Positions 38,399 through 47,243 of a DNA stretch of 64,000 bases are shown in pieces. Each line of letters starts with the position of its first letter. Position 1 is the stretch's first letter. The DNA is from Planctomycetota bacterium (lineage in GTDB: Bacteria > Planctomycetota > PLA2 > JAEUHO01). The position numbers were made by a program, and so were the translations under genes. A model generated the notes under the pieces. The model was not told the DNA's origin, searched no databases, and saw only the letters and a list, made by a program, of their open reading frames with translations. The DNA is taken from positions 32,001-96,000 of the forward strand of contig CBDCWP010000031.1 in the NCBI GenBank assembly GCA_965223505.1, written 5' to 3'.

Positions 38399-38833
38399 AT
38401 GGAGATCCGTGTCGACCCCGCCCGCGCCACGCCGCCCTCGCGACAGATCGTCGAGGCCGTCCTGGAGCGCATTGCAGGCGGGCTCCTGGGGCCCGGCGAC
38501 AAGCTTCCCAGCGTGCGCAAGCTCGCGGCGGCCGCGCTCGTCAACCCCAACACGGTCGGCAAGGCCTACCGCGACCTCGAGGCGATGGGCGCGGTTGCCG
38601 GGCGCAGCGGCGCCGGGGTCTTCGTCACCGACGCCGGACCCGCGACCGCGAAGGCGGACCGCCGCGCGGCGTCGCTCGACGCGGTCCAGACGGCGATCGA
38701 GACCGCCGTGCGCGTCGGCCTTCCGGCCGATCAGCTCGCCGGCCGGATCGAGAATTGGCTGCGCGGCGCCGTGAAGGCCAACGGAAACGGCGCCGCGAAT
38801 GGAAACGGCAACAACGGGAGAAACGGACGATGA
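38399..38833 (+). CDS. GntR-family regulator, YtrA subfamily
   Basis: PGDKLPSVRKLA...VNPNTVGKAYRDLE...G.GVFV; short C-terminus; precedes an ABC ATPase. Confidence 0.92.
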   Translation: MEIRVDPARATPPSRQIVEAVLERIAGGLLGPGDKLPSVRKLAAAALVNPNTVGKAYRDLEAMGAVAGRSGAGVFVTDAGPATAKADRRAASLDAVQTAIETAVRVGLPADQLAGRIENWLRGAVKANGNGAANGNGNNGRNGR

Positions 38834-39573
38834 CCCCTACGAACGTCGGCATCGACATTTGCGACGTGCATCAGCGCTACGGCCGCAGGCCCGTGCTGAA
38901 AGGAGTGACGCTGGCAGTGCCCGAAGGCGCCACGACGGTGCTTCTGGGCGCGAACGGCGAGGGCAAGACGACGCTGCTCAAGCTCTGCCTGGGCGTCTTG
39001 CGGCCGCGCGAAGGCGTCGTGCGCGTGCTCGACATGGATCCCATCAGCGACGCGTCGAAGCTGCGCGAGACCATCGGCTACGTTCCCGACAAGCCGGACG
39101 CGTACGGCTGGATGCGCATCGGCGACCTGTTTCGATACCTGCGCGCTCACTACCCGACGTGGGACGACGAGAGAGCCCGGGAGCTCGTCGACACGCTCGT
39201 CATCCCGACCCGTTCGAAGTTCAAGCAGATGAGCCGCGGCCAGGGCATGAAGGCCATGCTCGCCGCCGCGTTGTCGCACCATCCGGACGTGCTCTTGCTC
39301 GACGAGCCGTTCGGCGGCCTCGATCCCCTCGTTCGCGAAGACGTGCTGCGCAACGTGATCGAAGCGATGGGCGACCGCCCGCGCACCGTGTTGTTGACGA
39401 CGCACGACCTCGACGTCGCGTCGCGCGTCGCCGACCGCATCGCCGTGATGGCCGACGGGGTCATCTCGGCAGAGGGGCCGGCAGCCGAGATCGCCGGCAA
39501 CGACGAGGACAGTCCGACGCCCGAGAGCCTGCGCCGCGCGCTGGCCGAGGCCGTGCAAGGGAGCTACGCATGA
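38830..39573 (+). CDS. ABC transporter ATP-binding protein (YtrB-like)
   Basis: GANGEGKTT, MSRG, LLLDEPFGGLDP, TTHD; ATGA overlap. Confidence 0.92.
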   Translation: MTPTNVGIDICDVHQRYGRRPVLKGVTLAVPEGATTVLLGANGEGKTTLLKLCLGVLRPREGVVRVLDMDPISDASKLRETIGYVPDKPDAYGWMRIGDLFRYLRAHYPTWDDERARELVDTLVIPTRSKFKQMSRGQGMKAMLAAALSHHPDVLLLDEPFGGLDPLVREDVLRNVIEAMGDRPRTVLLTTHDLDVASRVADRIAVMADGVISAEGPAAEIAGNDEDSPTPESLRRALAEAVQGSYA

Positions 39574-41552
39574 AGCGCTTGACGATCGGTTTGTGGAAGG
39601 AGTGGCGCGATCATCGCGGCGTGCTGCTCGGGCTGCTCGGCGCGATTCCGCTGCTCACGTTCCTGGGCTTCTGGGCGTTCGCCGAGGAGTTCGAAGGCGC
39701 GCGCGTGTGGAGCGTGACGGGCTGGTTCCTGAGCGTGTCGCTCGTGCTGCTGCTCTTCAGCGTCGCGGCCGACCTCGTGGCCGGTGAGACGCGCCGCGGC
39801 ACGATGGCCCTGGTGCGGCGGCTGCCGCGCTCGATGGTGTCGTCGTTCGTCGTGAAGCTCTCGTTTCTCGTCGTCTCCGTCGCCACCGTGACGGTCGTGC
39901 AGATGGGCTCGCTCGCGGCCGCGTGGGCGTTGTTCATCGGCGACGGACGCGGGCAGGCCGTGTTCGACAGCCTCGCGTCGTTCCCCGGAGGTCAGGTTTG
40001 GGCGCAGGCGCTCGGCGTCATGTTGCTCATGTCCTGGACGCTTGTGACGTCGACCTGGCTGGGGCGCAGCGGCGCGGCGGCGGTGGCTTCGATTCTCGTC
40101 TTGGCGTTGATCGCCCTGCCGTGGGCGCTCTTGCACTATTGGCATCCGTACTTCCTGCGCTTCGACGAGAGCTACATCCCGTCGGTCGTGGCGATCTTCG
40201 CCGTACTCGCGCTCGTGGTCGCCGCGGTCTCGTATCTACGCGGGCTGCGCTTCCATGCCGCGGCGTGGCGACCGGCGGCCTACGGCGCGGTCTGCCTGTT
40301 CGTCATCACCGGCGCGTCCTACGGCTACGCACAGGCCCGTCTCGACTCGTGGCTCGATCTCGATCCCGCGGACGAGGACTTCTTCATCCACGACGCCTAC
40401 TACGGCGCCGGCGGCCACAAGCTCTACCTCAACGTGTATCGCAACCACCCGTGGTACGGCGGCGCGCCCGCCAAGCACCTGCCGCGCGGCGGCTCCATCG
40501 CGGACGAGCGCGGCACGCCGATGCAGGCCTGGGTCGTCGACCTCGAGAGCGGTTCGATCGACAAGCAGGCAATCGACGGTCTCACGACCTTCAATCTGCC
40601 GATGGACGCACAGTTCCAGAGCGCGCAGTGGGGTGGGTTTCACTCGGCGCGGATTCCCATTCCGTTGCTGGTCCGGTATCGGATCCACGACGACAAGCTG
40701 ACTGCGGTCGATTGGGTCGATGCCCGAACGGGCGCGCTCGTCGACACGTTGCCGCCGCGTGTGCGCAACGAGAAGACCGAGGCGTTGCTGCGTGACGCAC
40801 TGCGCGAGTCCGCCTACGTGCGCGACAGCAAGGGGCGGCGCGTGTGGCTGCGGGAGCTGGCGCTCGAGCGCGAGGGGGAGGAACGACCGATCGAGCCCGG
40901 CGTGCGCGCGATCCGGGGTGCCAGCGCGGTGCCCACGCCGGACGGCTGGCACGTCGTCGCCTTCGGCAGGAACAAGATCCAACGCACGCTCATCGACTAC
41001 GAAACGGGCGAGGAGCACCAGCTGCCCATGCACTTCGGTGCGATCCTGTCGCGCGACTGGTCGCTCATGGGGAACCGAACGAAGAACTTCGAGCTGGTCC
41101 CGCTGCAGGGGCAGACCGGCGTGCCGCAGATCGTGAACCCGCCGCAGTTCACCGTGCAGTGCGTCGCGCGCGACGCCATGTTGGCGTTGCGAGGGCCGAA
41201 AGCGAAGTACCGGCTGGAGCTCTGGAACCCGCTGACCGGCGAGACGCAGCCGGTCGCGTGGCCCGGCGTCGATCACCTTCGCGGCAACGACGTGCTCGTG
41301 CGCGGACGGGACCGCCACGGTCGTCCGCTCTTGTCCGTGCGGCGGGGCGCGAACGTCCCGTTCCGATACGTCTGGGGCGTGTTGGACGTCGCGAGCGCGA
41401 CCGTACGGCCGCTGCGCGAAGGTGGGCCCGGCGAGAGCGTATGGCCGCTCGTGTTGGACGACGACGGCTCGCTCGTCGCGGTCGAGGACTACAAGCGCGT
41501 CGTGCGCTACGGTCCGAACCCCGACGTGCGTGAGGTGCTCTTCCCGCGCTAA
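39570..41552 (+). CDS. ABC-2-type permease with large C-terminal soluble domain
   Basis: LWKEWR start, GETRRGT...LP motif, about 7 TM helices, then a beta-rich domain; ATGA overlap. Confidence 0.8.
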   Translation: MKRLTIGLWKEWRDHRGVLLGLLGAIPLLTFLGFWAFAEEFEGARVWSVTGWFLSVSLVLLLFSVAADLVAGETRRGTMALVRRLPRSMVSSFVVKLSFLVVSVATVTVVQMGSLAAAWALFIGDGRGQAVFDSLASFPGGQVWAQALGVMLLMSWTLVTSTWLGRSGAAAVASILVLALIALPWALLHYWHPYFLRFDESYIPSVVAIFAVLALVVAAVSYLRGLRFHAAAWRPAAYGAVCLFVITGASYGYAQARLDSWLDLDPADEDFFIHDAYYGAGGHKLYLNVYRNHPWYGGAPAKHLPRGGSIADERGTPMQAWVVDLESGSIDKQAIDGLTTFNLPMDAQFQSAQWGGFHSARIPIPLLVRYRIHDDKLTAVDWVDARTGALVDTLPPRVRNEKTEALLRDALRESAYVRDSKGRRVWLRELALEREGEERPIEPGVRAIRGASAVPTPDGWHVVAFGRNKIQRTLIDYETGEEHQLPMHFGAILSRDWSLMGNRTKNFELVPLQGQTGVPQIVNPPQFTVQCVARDAMLALRGPKAKYRLELWNPLTGETQPVAWPGVDHLRGNDVLVRGRDRHGRPLLSVRRGANVPFRYVWGVLDVASATVRPLREGGPGESVWPLVLDDDGSLVAVEDYKRVVRYGPNPDVREVLFPR

Positions 41553-42502
41553 CGACCGCGCCGTAGGTGAACGACGGGATAGGTCTGCAGAACCAGGTCG
41601 AGATTCGGGTGTCGTCCGAGGAGGTCACCCACCCGCTTGGGGTCGACCGCCGCCTGACGCGCTTCGATGCGCTGGATGTCGGGGTTGAGCTCGATCAGCC
41701 GCGTGAGTCCATCGTGTGTGATCAGCGTGCGGTCGATCTCGAGGTGACGCAGGCTCGACATCCGTCCGATCCACTCGATCGCGGTGTCGTCGACCGAGAT
41801 GCCGTTGAGCTTCAGCGTCTGCAGGCGGTCCATGTGGGGGAGCCGGTCGAAGTCGCGCGGCGCGACCTTCGTGTCGGTCAGATGAAGCGATAGCAGATCC
41901 GAGCGGATGTGCGCCAGGCCCTTGCCGGTGACGTTCGTTGCGCGCAAGTCGAGATGGTCGAGGGGAATCTGCGCCAGGACGGCGAGGTCGTCGTCGGTGA
42001 TGTTCGTGCCGTGAAGACTCAGGCTCTTCAGGTTCGGCAGCGAGGCGAGCAGCTCGAGGTCGGCCGGTGTGAGCGTGGCGCCCTTCAGGCTGATGTTGCG
42101 AAGCTCTTCGAGCTCGACGCGGCTGAAGGCGCGCATGCGCTCCAAGAGCGCCTGACCAGCGGGTGGTGCTTTTTCGTCGCTCGCAGAAGGCGATGCAGCC
42201 GGCTGCGGACCAGCGTCGGTAGCGGGCACGAGCCGAGCGAGCCGCGCCGTCTCCCGCCTGCTCTCTTCCAGCGCCTGCTCGAGCTCTTCGATGCGCCCGT
42301 GAAGCGCGTCCGGATCGTCGTCCCCGAGCTGGCGTCGCTCCGGTTCCAGCGTCGGCGCCACGGCGCGCGAATCGAGACCGTGGTCGGCGGACGAAGCCGG
42401 CAGCTGCGAATCCGGCGTGCGCTGCGATCGACCGAGCGCCCACCCGACCCCGACACAGATGACGACGACGACGCCGATAGCGATGACCTTGCCTGCGGTC
42501 AT
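41549..42502 (-). CDS. Membrane-anchored leucine-rich-repeat protein
   Basis: N-terminal TM, coiled coil, LxxLxLxxTxITDxxL repeats; GGAGG SD. Confidence 0.8.
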   Translation of the reverse strand: MTAGKVIAIGVVVVICVGVGWALGRSQRTPDSQLPASSADHGLDSRAVAPTLEPERRQLGDDDPDALHGRIEELEQALEESRRETARLARLVPATDAGPQPAASPSASDEKAPPAGQALLERMRAFSRVELEELRNISLKGATLTPADLELLASLPNLKSLSLHGTNITDDDLAVLAQIPLDHLDLRATNVTGKGLAHIRSDLLSLHLTDTKVAPRDFDRLPHMDRLQTLKLNGISVDDTAIEWIGRMSSLRHLEIDRTLITHDGLTRLIELNPDIQRIEARQAAVDPKRVGDLLGRHPNLDLVLQTYPVVHLRRGR

Positions 42503-42579
42503 GCGTCCTCCGGCAAGATCATACGCCGTTCGCAAGGGTCGAACGACCCGGCAGGGGGGCGCGCTCGCGGCGCTCGCCG

Positions 42580-43572
42580 CTAGCCGAGCGCGAGCATGCG
42601 CTCGACGGGCTTCAGCGCGCGGATGCGGATGTCTTCCGGCACCGTGATCTCCGGCTGGAGGTCGCGCAGCGCCGTGTACAGCTTCTCGAGCGTGTTGAGG
42701 CGCATGTACGGACAGACCGCACAATTGCAGCCCGAGCTCGGCTCGGCGCAGATGATCTTCACGCCCGGGCGCTTCTGACGCATCTGATGCGTCACGCCCA
42801 TCTCCGTGGCCACGATGAACTCGTCGCAGGACATGTCCGTCACGACGTGACTGATCAGCTGCGACGTGGACCCGATGAAGTCGGCCATGTTCAGCACGGC
42901 CTGCTCGCACTCCGGGTGCGCGACGAGCTGCGCGTTCGGATGTTCGTTCTTCATGCGCTGCATCTGACGCGCGGTGAACTGCTCGTGCACGACGCAGAAG
43001 CCGGGCCACAGCACCATCTCGCGACCGGAGTGCTTCTGTACCCAGCGGCCGAGGTGCCGGTCGGGCGCGAAGACGATCTTCTTGTCCTTCGGCAACGACT
43101 CGACGACACGAACGGCGTTCGACGACGTGCAGATGATGTCGCTCATCGCCTTGATTGCCGCGGACGTGTTGATGTAGCTGACGACCAGGTGGTCGGGATA
43201 CTGCTCCATCCATTCCGCGAACAGGTCCGGCGGGCAACGGTCCGCCAGGCTGCAGCCGGCGTCCGAGTCCGGCATGACGACCGTCTTCTCGGGGTTGAGG
43301 ATCTTGGCGGTCTCCGCCATGAAGTGCACACCGCAGAAGGCGATGACGTCCGCGTCGGTCTTGGCGGCCTGCTGTGAGAGTCCCAGGCTGTCGCCGACGT
43401 AATCGGCCAGATCCTGGATCTCGGTGTCCTGGTAGTAGTGCGCCAGGACGACCGCGTTGCGCTCTTTGCGTAGGCGCGCGATCTCCGCCTCGACGTCGAG
43501 GGCGGGGTCGAACGCTTCCCGGTCCGGAATGGCGGTGGGTAGCGGCATCTGCGGGACGGCTTGGGGACTCAT
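42580..43572 (-). CDS. nadA: Quinolinate synthase
   Basis: LAHYYQ, GDSL, FCGVHFMAETAKILNP, AGCSLA, YINTSA, CTSSNA, C.VH, HPEC, CPYM. Confidence 0.96.
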   Translation of the reverse strand: MSPQAVPQMPLPTAIPDREAFDPALDVEAEIARLRKERNAVVLAHYYQDTEIQDLADYVGDSLGLSQQAAKTDADVIAFCGVHFMAETAKILNPEKTVVMPDSDAGCSLADRCPPDLFAEWMEQYPDHLVVSYINTSAAIKAMSDIICTSSNAVRVVESLPKDKKIVFAPDRHLGRWVQKHSGREMVLWPGFCVVHEQFTARQMQRMKNEHPNAQLVAHPECEQAVLNMADFIGSTSQLISHVVTDMSCDEFIVATEMGVTHQMRQKRPGVKIICAEPSSGCNCAVCPYMRLNTLEKLYTALRDLQPEITVPEDIRIRALKPVERMLALG

Positions 43573-43607
43573 GGCCCCCAAGGATACGGGGTCCGCGCGG
43601 CTCAGGG

Positions 43608-44276
43608 CTACCGATCCGCAGTGCGGTCCGCCTCGAGCTTCGGAAGCGCGCCCGTTTCGAACGGCCCGCCCGGCAGCAGGTCGTTGGCGTGCGCGAGGAG
43701 GCGCGGCAACACCTCGTCGATCGTGATCGGGCGCTGTAGCTGCCTCGCCATCGAGGTCATCACCTTGCCGTCGAGTCCGCAGGGGTTGAACGTCTCGAAC
43801 GGTGCGAGGTCCGTCGCGACGTTGAGCGCGAGACCGTGCCAGGTGACCCAACGGCGTACGGCGATGCCGAGGCTCTGGATCTTTTGCAGGCCGATCCAGA
43901 CGCCGGTGAGTCCGTCGCGCCGCCCGGCCTCGATCCCGAAGTCGGCCAGGGTGCGGATGCCGATCTCTTCGAGGTCGCGCTGGAACGCATGCAGGTCGCG
44001 GCGCGCCTGCGTGAGATGGATGATCGGGTACGCGACGAGCTGGCCGGGACCGTGATAGGTCGCTTCGCCGCCGCGCTCGACCTTGACGATCGGAAAGCGC
44101 TCGTCGTAGTCGGCCCCGTCGGGCGTCTTGCGGCCGAGCGTGATGACGTGCTCGTGCTCGCCCGTGAGCAGCAGGTTCGGGATCCGATCTTCCGCGCGCG
44201 CGACCACGAGTCGCTGCTGCAACGCGTGCAGCTCGGCGTACGGCGCCGTGCCCCAGTGATGGTGCAGGCCGCCCAC
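43608..44276 (-). CDS. lipB: Lipoyl(octanoyl) transferase
   Basis: EH..VITLGR, RGGEATYHGPGQLVAYPI, KIQSLG, TWHGLALN, NPCG. Confidence 0.95.
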   Translation of the reverse strand: MGGLHHHWGTAPYAELHALQQRLVVARAEDRIPNLLLTGEHEHVITLGRKTPDGADYDERFPIVKVERGGEATYHGPGQLVAYPIIHLTQARRDLHAFQRDLEEIGIRTLADFGIEAGRRDGLTGVWIGLQKIQSLGIAVRRWVTWHGLALNVATDLAPFETFNPCGLDGKVMTSMARQLQRPITIDEVLPRLLAHANDLLPGGPFETGALPKLEADRTADR

Positions 44277-44279
44277 CGG

Positions 44280-45320
44280 CTATGCCTTCGTCTTGGTGAA
44301 AGCCGCCTCTTCGACGAGATCGACGAACGCCTCGGGTTCGACGCGTGCGTTCGCGGCGCCGACACCCAGCTCTTCGATGAGGTAGCGCGTGCCGACCGCG
44401 TTGTCGGTCGCAGGACCGGCGATGACGTCGATCGCGAGATCGTGCTCCTGCAGCCACTTGACGCCGCCCCAAGCCGCGACGAGGTCGTTGGCCGTGAGCA
44501 CGTGCGCCTGGATGAGGGAGCGGAACTCGGCGTCGCGCAGGATCGAGTCGACGCCGTACTGCCCGATGATGCCGTCGCCCATCTCGGCGACGATCACGTC
44601 GAGCTCGACGTCGGCTTGCGACGGCATGGAGCGCAGCACGCGCTTGGCGACGGGCGCGACGTCGTCGAGCCCGGCGGTCGTGGGATAGCCGCACTCGAGG
44701 AACGTCAGCACCGCGGCCGCGCCGTGGTCGACCATGTTCAGCGGATCGCGTACGGCGGCGATGCCGGTCAGCTTCGCGCCGCCGCACGCATAGCCGCGCT
44801 GCGACAGGCGCGAGATGATCTCGCAAGCCGCGACGGTCTTGCCGGAGTTCATGCAGGTCCCGGAGACGACGACGACCGGCGGGATGGGCGTGTCCGGGTC
44901 CGGTTCCGGCACGGCCGCGTCGGCGATGTTCAACCCCTTGCCTTCGTGCGTGACCATGCCGAGCACCTCGACGCGCAGCGGATGGCCGACGTCGCGGTTC
45001 TCGCTGACGGCTTCGCCGAGCACGCCGCCGAGGTTGAGCAGGTTGATGGTGTCGCCGGCCTTCAACGATTGCGGCACGCGCCCCACGAAGCCACGCAGCG
45101 CGTCGCGGCGACCCAGCGCGCCGACGAGAACGTCGCCCTTGCCCACGTGCGCCATCCGGCCGGTGTTGAGCTCCATCAGGTCGTAGACGCGCTTCTCTTC
45201 GAGCGCGCGCACGACGAGCACCTGTCCGCTGCGGCAGTCGATGCGGCGCGTGAACGTGACTTCGGGACCGAGGTCGAGCGTGTGCACGACACTGGCGATC
45301 TTGTGCGGGCGGATCTTCAC
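44280..45320 (-). CDS. DUF1611/DgcN-like P-loop protein
   Basis: GDVLVGALG.R.A..GF, GTCMNSGKT, AKLTG.A..RD, G.PTT, AEMGDGI; GTGA overlap with the argG stop. Confidence 0.65.
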   Translation of the reverse strand: MKIRPHKIASVVHTLDLGPEVTFTRRIDCRSGQVLVVRALEEKRVYDLMELNTGRMAHVGKGDVLVGALGRRDALRGFVGRVPQSLKAGDTINLLNLGGVLGEAVSENRDVGHPLRVEVLGMVTHEGKGLNIADAAVPEPDPDTPIPPVVVVSGTCMNSGKTVAACEIISRLSQRGYACGGAKLTGIAAVRDPLNMVDHGAAAVLTFLECGYPTTAGLDDVAPVAKRVLRSMPSQADVELDVIVAEMGDGIIGQYGVDSILRDAEFRSLIQAHVLTANDLVAAWGGVKWLQEHDLAIDVIAGPATDNAVGTRYLIEELGVGAANARVEPEAFVDLVEEAAFTKTKA

Positions 45321-46528
45321 GACGTTCCCTTCGCGCGTTCGGCCGCGCGCCGGGCGAGCGCCGACGGAATGCCGTAGAGCCGGGCGAAGCCCGCGGCCTC
45401 CTCTCCCGTCCAGCCGGTGGCCTCCTCGCCGTAGACGGCGATCTCGGGATCCATGAGCGAGTGCGGCGAGCGCGCGCCGACGATGGTGCACGACCCGCGG
45501 TGCAGCTTCACGCGTACGTCGCCCGTCACACGTTCGTTGGCGCTGTCGAGGAACGCCTCGAGATCGCGCATGACCGGGTCGTAGAACTGCGCTTCGTGCA
45601 TGAGATTGCCGTAGAAGCTGCCGAGCGTCTCGCGCCAGTAGCTCTGCCAGCGTGTCTGCACGAGCTTCTCGAGGTCGCGATGCGCCTGGATGAGGATGAG
45701 CGGGCCGGGCGCTTCGAAGGCGAGCCGTCCCTTGACGCCGAGGATGGTGTCGCCGAGGTGGATGCCGCGCCCGACGCCGTGGGGGCGAGCGCGCTCGTTC
45801 AAGGCCGCGACGATGGCGACGCCGTCCATGGCGACGCCGTCGAGCGAGATCGGCAGGCCTTGCTCGAAGCCGATGACGAGTTCCTCGGGCTCGGCATCGG
45901 CGGACTCCGGCGCTTCGGTCATCGTGTAGGCGCGGTCGGGCGGAACCTGCCAGGTGTCGTGCGTCTCCTTGCCGCCGATGGTGGTGCCGAAGAGACCCTC
46001 GTTGATGGAGTACTCGACGGTCTTCGCATCGATGTCGAAGCCGCGCTCGGCCAGCCAGTCGCTCTCCTGCTGCCGGGACCAGTTGAGGTCGCGGATGGGG
46101 GCGTGGATGGTGAGCTTCGGATCGAGCGCGCGAATGGCGACGTCGAAGCGGATCTGATCGTTGCCGGCGCGGGTGGAGCCGTGGGCGACGGCATCGGCGC
46201 CGACGTCGTGGGCGACCTGGACGACGGCTTCGGCCTGGGCGGTGCGCTCGGCGCCGACGGAGACGGGGTAGACGCCGCCGCGCAGACAGTTGCCCTTGAT
46301 GAGGTAGGCGACGAAGCGGTCGTAGACGTCTTGCTTGGCGTCGACGACGCGGTGCTCGGACACGCCGAGGGCTTTGGCGCGGTCGGCGATGTCGGCGAGC
46401 TCGCGGTCGGAGAAGCCGCCGGTGTCGACGGTGACGGTGACGATGTCGGCGCCGGTCTGTTCGCGCAGGTAGATCGCGCAGAAGGTGGTGTCGAGGCCAC
46501 CGGAGAATGCGAGGACGATCTTCGACAC
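45317..46528 (-). CDS. argG: Argininosuccinate synthase
   Basis: VLAFSGGLDT, AHGSTRAGNDQIRF, APIR, YSINEGLFG, GVGR, GVKGR.AFEAPG; GTG at 46528. Confidence 0.96.
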   Translation of the reverse strand: MSKIVLAFSGGLDTTFCAIYLREQTGADIVTVTVDTGGFSDRELADIADRAKALGVSEHRVVDAKQDVYDRFVAYLIKGNCLRGGVYPVSVGAERTAQAEAVVQVAHDVGADAVAHGSTRAGNDQIRFDVAIRALDPKLTIHAPIRDLNWSRQQESDWLAERGFDIDAKTVEYSINEGLFGTTIGGKETHDTWQVPPDRAYTMTEAPESADAEPEELVIGFEQGLPISLDGVAMDGVAIVAALNERARPHGVGRGIHLGDTILGVKGRLAFEAPGPLILIQAHRDLEKLVQTRWQSYWRETLGSFYGNLMHEAQFYDPVMRDLEAFLDSANERVTGDVRVKLHRGSCTIVGARSPHSLMDPEIAVYGEEATGWTGEEAAGFARLYGIPSALARRAAERAKGTS

Positions 46529-46631
46529 GGGGGGGTGGGCTCCGAATTGCCCGGAAACGGGGGCGAACCCGAGATGGTAGTCCGGGGGCCGAATTGGCGC
46601 ACGGAAATGGGGCGTGCTGACAGATTCGCCG

Positions 46632-46689
46632 TACGCCGGCACTCCGGCTTCGCCTGCGTGCCTTGCTACCCCCCAAACCCGGTTTGGGG
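46632..46689. repeat. 58-bp direct repeat, copy 1 (contains the palindrome CCCCAAACC-C-GGTTTGGGG)
   Basis: TACGCCGGCACTCCGGCTTCGCCTGCGTGCCTTGCTACCCCCCAAACCCGGTTTGGGG; 56/58 identical to 46834..46891. Confidence 0.9.
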
Positions 46690-46737
46690 CAACCCCGAAT
46701 TGAGGACCGGGGCGATTCGACTCCAGCCTTCATCACC

Positions 46738-46759
46738 CGCGCGTAGGGACTCGAACCCC
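46738..46759 (-). repeat. 22-bp duplicate of the tRNA-Arg 3' end (T-arm/acceptor stem; att-like)
   Basis: CGCGCGTAGGGACTCGAACCCC is identical to 46955..46976. Confidence 0.9.
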
Positions 46760-46833
46760 TCGACTTCCGCGCTTTGCGCTCCAGCCAAGGGAACCCCATC
46801 GCTTCTTCAGGGGGGAACTGTGTAGTTCCCCCC

Positions 46834-46891
46834 TACGCCGGCACTCCGGCTCCGCCTACGTGCCTTGCTACCCCCCAAACCCGGTTTGGGG
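46834..46891. repeat. 58-bp direct repeat, copy 2
   Basis: See copy 1; immediately preceded by the 11-bp hairpin AGGGGGGAACT-GTGT-AGTTCCCCCCT (46809..46834). Confidence 0.9.
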
Positions 46892-46912
46892 TTCACCACC
46901 GAATTGTGAAGA

Positions 46913-46940
46913 CGGAGGCCGGCTCGCTCTCCGGCCTCCG
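46913..46940 (-). terminator. Hairpin downstream of the tRNA, putative intrinsic terminator
   Basis: 10-bp perfect stem CGGAGGCCGG/CCGGCCTCCG with an 8-nt loop, followed on the minus strand by only a weak U-tract (TCTTCACAATT). Confidence 0.5.
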
Positions 46941-46949
46941 CCACGAATT

Positions 46950-47026
46950 TGGTACGCGCGTAGGGACTCGAACCCCAAACCTCCTGATCCGTAGTCAGGT
47001 GCTCTATCCAATTGAGCTACGCGCGC
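46950..47026 (-). tRNA. tRNA-Arg (anticodon ACG)
   Basis: GCGCGCGTAGCTCAATTGGATAGAGCACCTGACT-ACG-GATCAGGAGGTTTGGGGTTCGAGTCCCTACGCGCGTACCA: 77-nt cloverleaf with encoded CCA. Confidence 0.97.
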
Positions 47027-47047
47027 ACGTGAACTCAGCGAGGGCGG

Positions 47048-47076
47048 ACCTTACTGCCGCCCCACGAACCCGGCAA
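47048..47076 (-). promoter_or_regulatory. Sigma70-type promoter of the tRNA
   Basis: TTGCCG-N17-TAAGGT followed by a GC-rich discriminator, about 20 nt upstream of the tRNA. Confidence 0.65.
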
Positions 47077-47243
47077 GGACGGCCCCGACCGCTCCACCGA
47101 CCCCCCGGCAACGTCCCGCAATCAACCCCGGCTGGTAGAGGCACCCCGCCGACGCCATGCCGTTCCTTTCGGCCTCTCGCCGGCGGCGAAATGGATTCCA
47201 GCGGATTCGGCCATTGCTGTTGTTCAGCCCGTACTACTCGATC

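Noticed and set aside
42580..46799. Apparent N-terminal fusions on nadA (42580..44826) and on the DUF1611-like gene (44280..46799)
   Set aside because: The extensions are off-frame translations of lipB and argG, not fusions.
46632..46976. Possible CRISPR array or second tRNA
   Set aside because: Only two copies of a 58-bp unit, no regular spacers, no cas operon; the 22-bp tRNA fragment lacks the D and anticodon arms.
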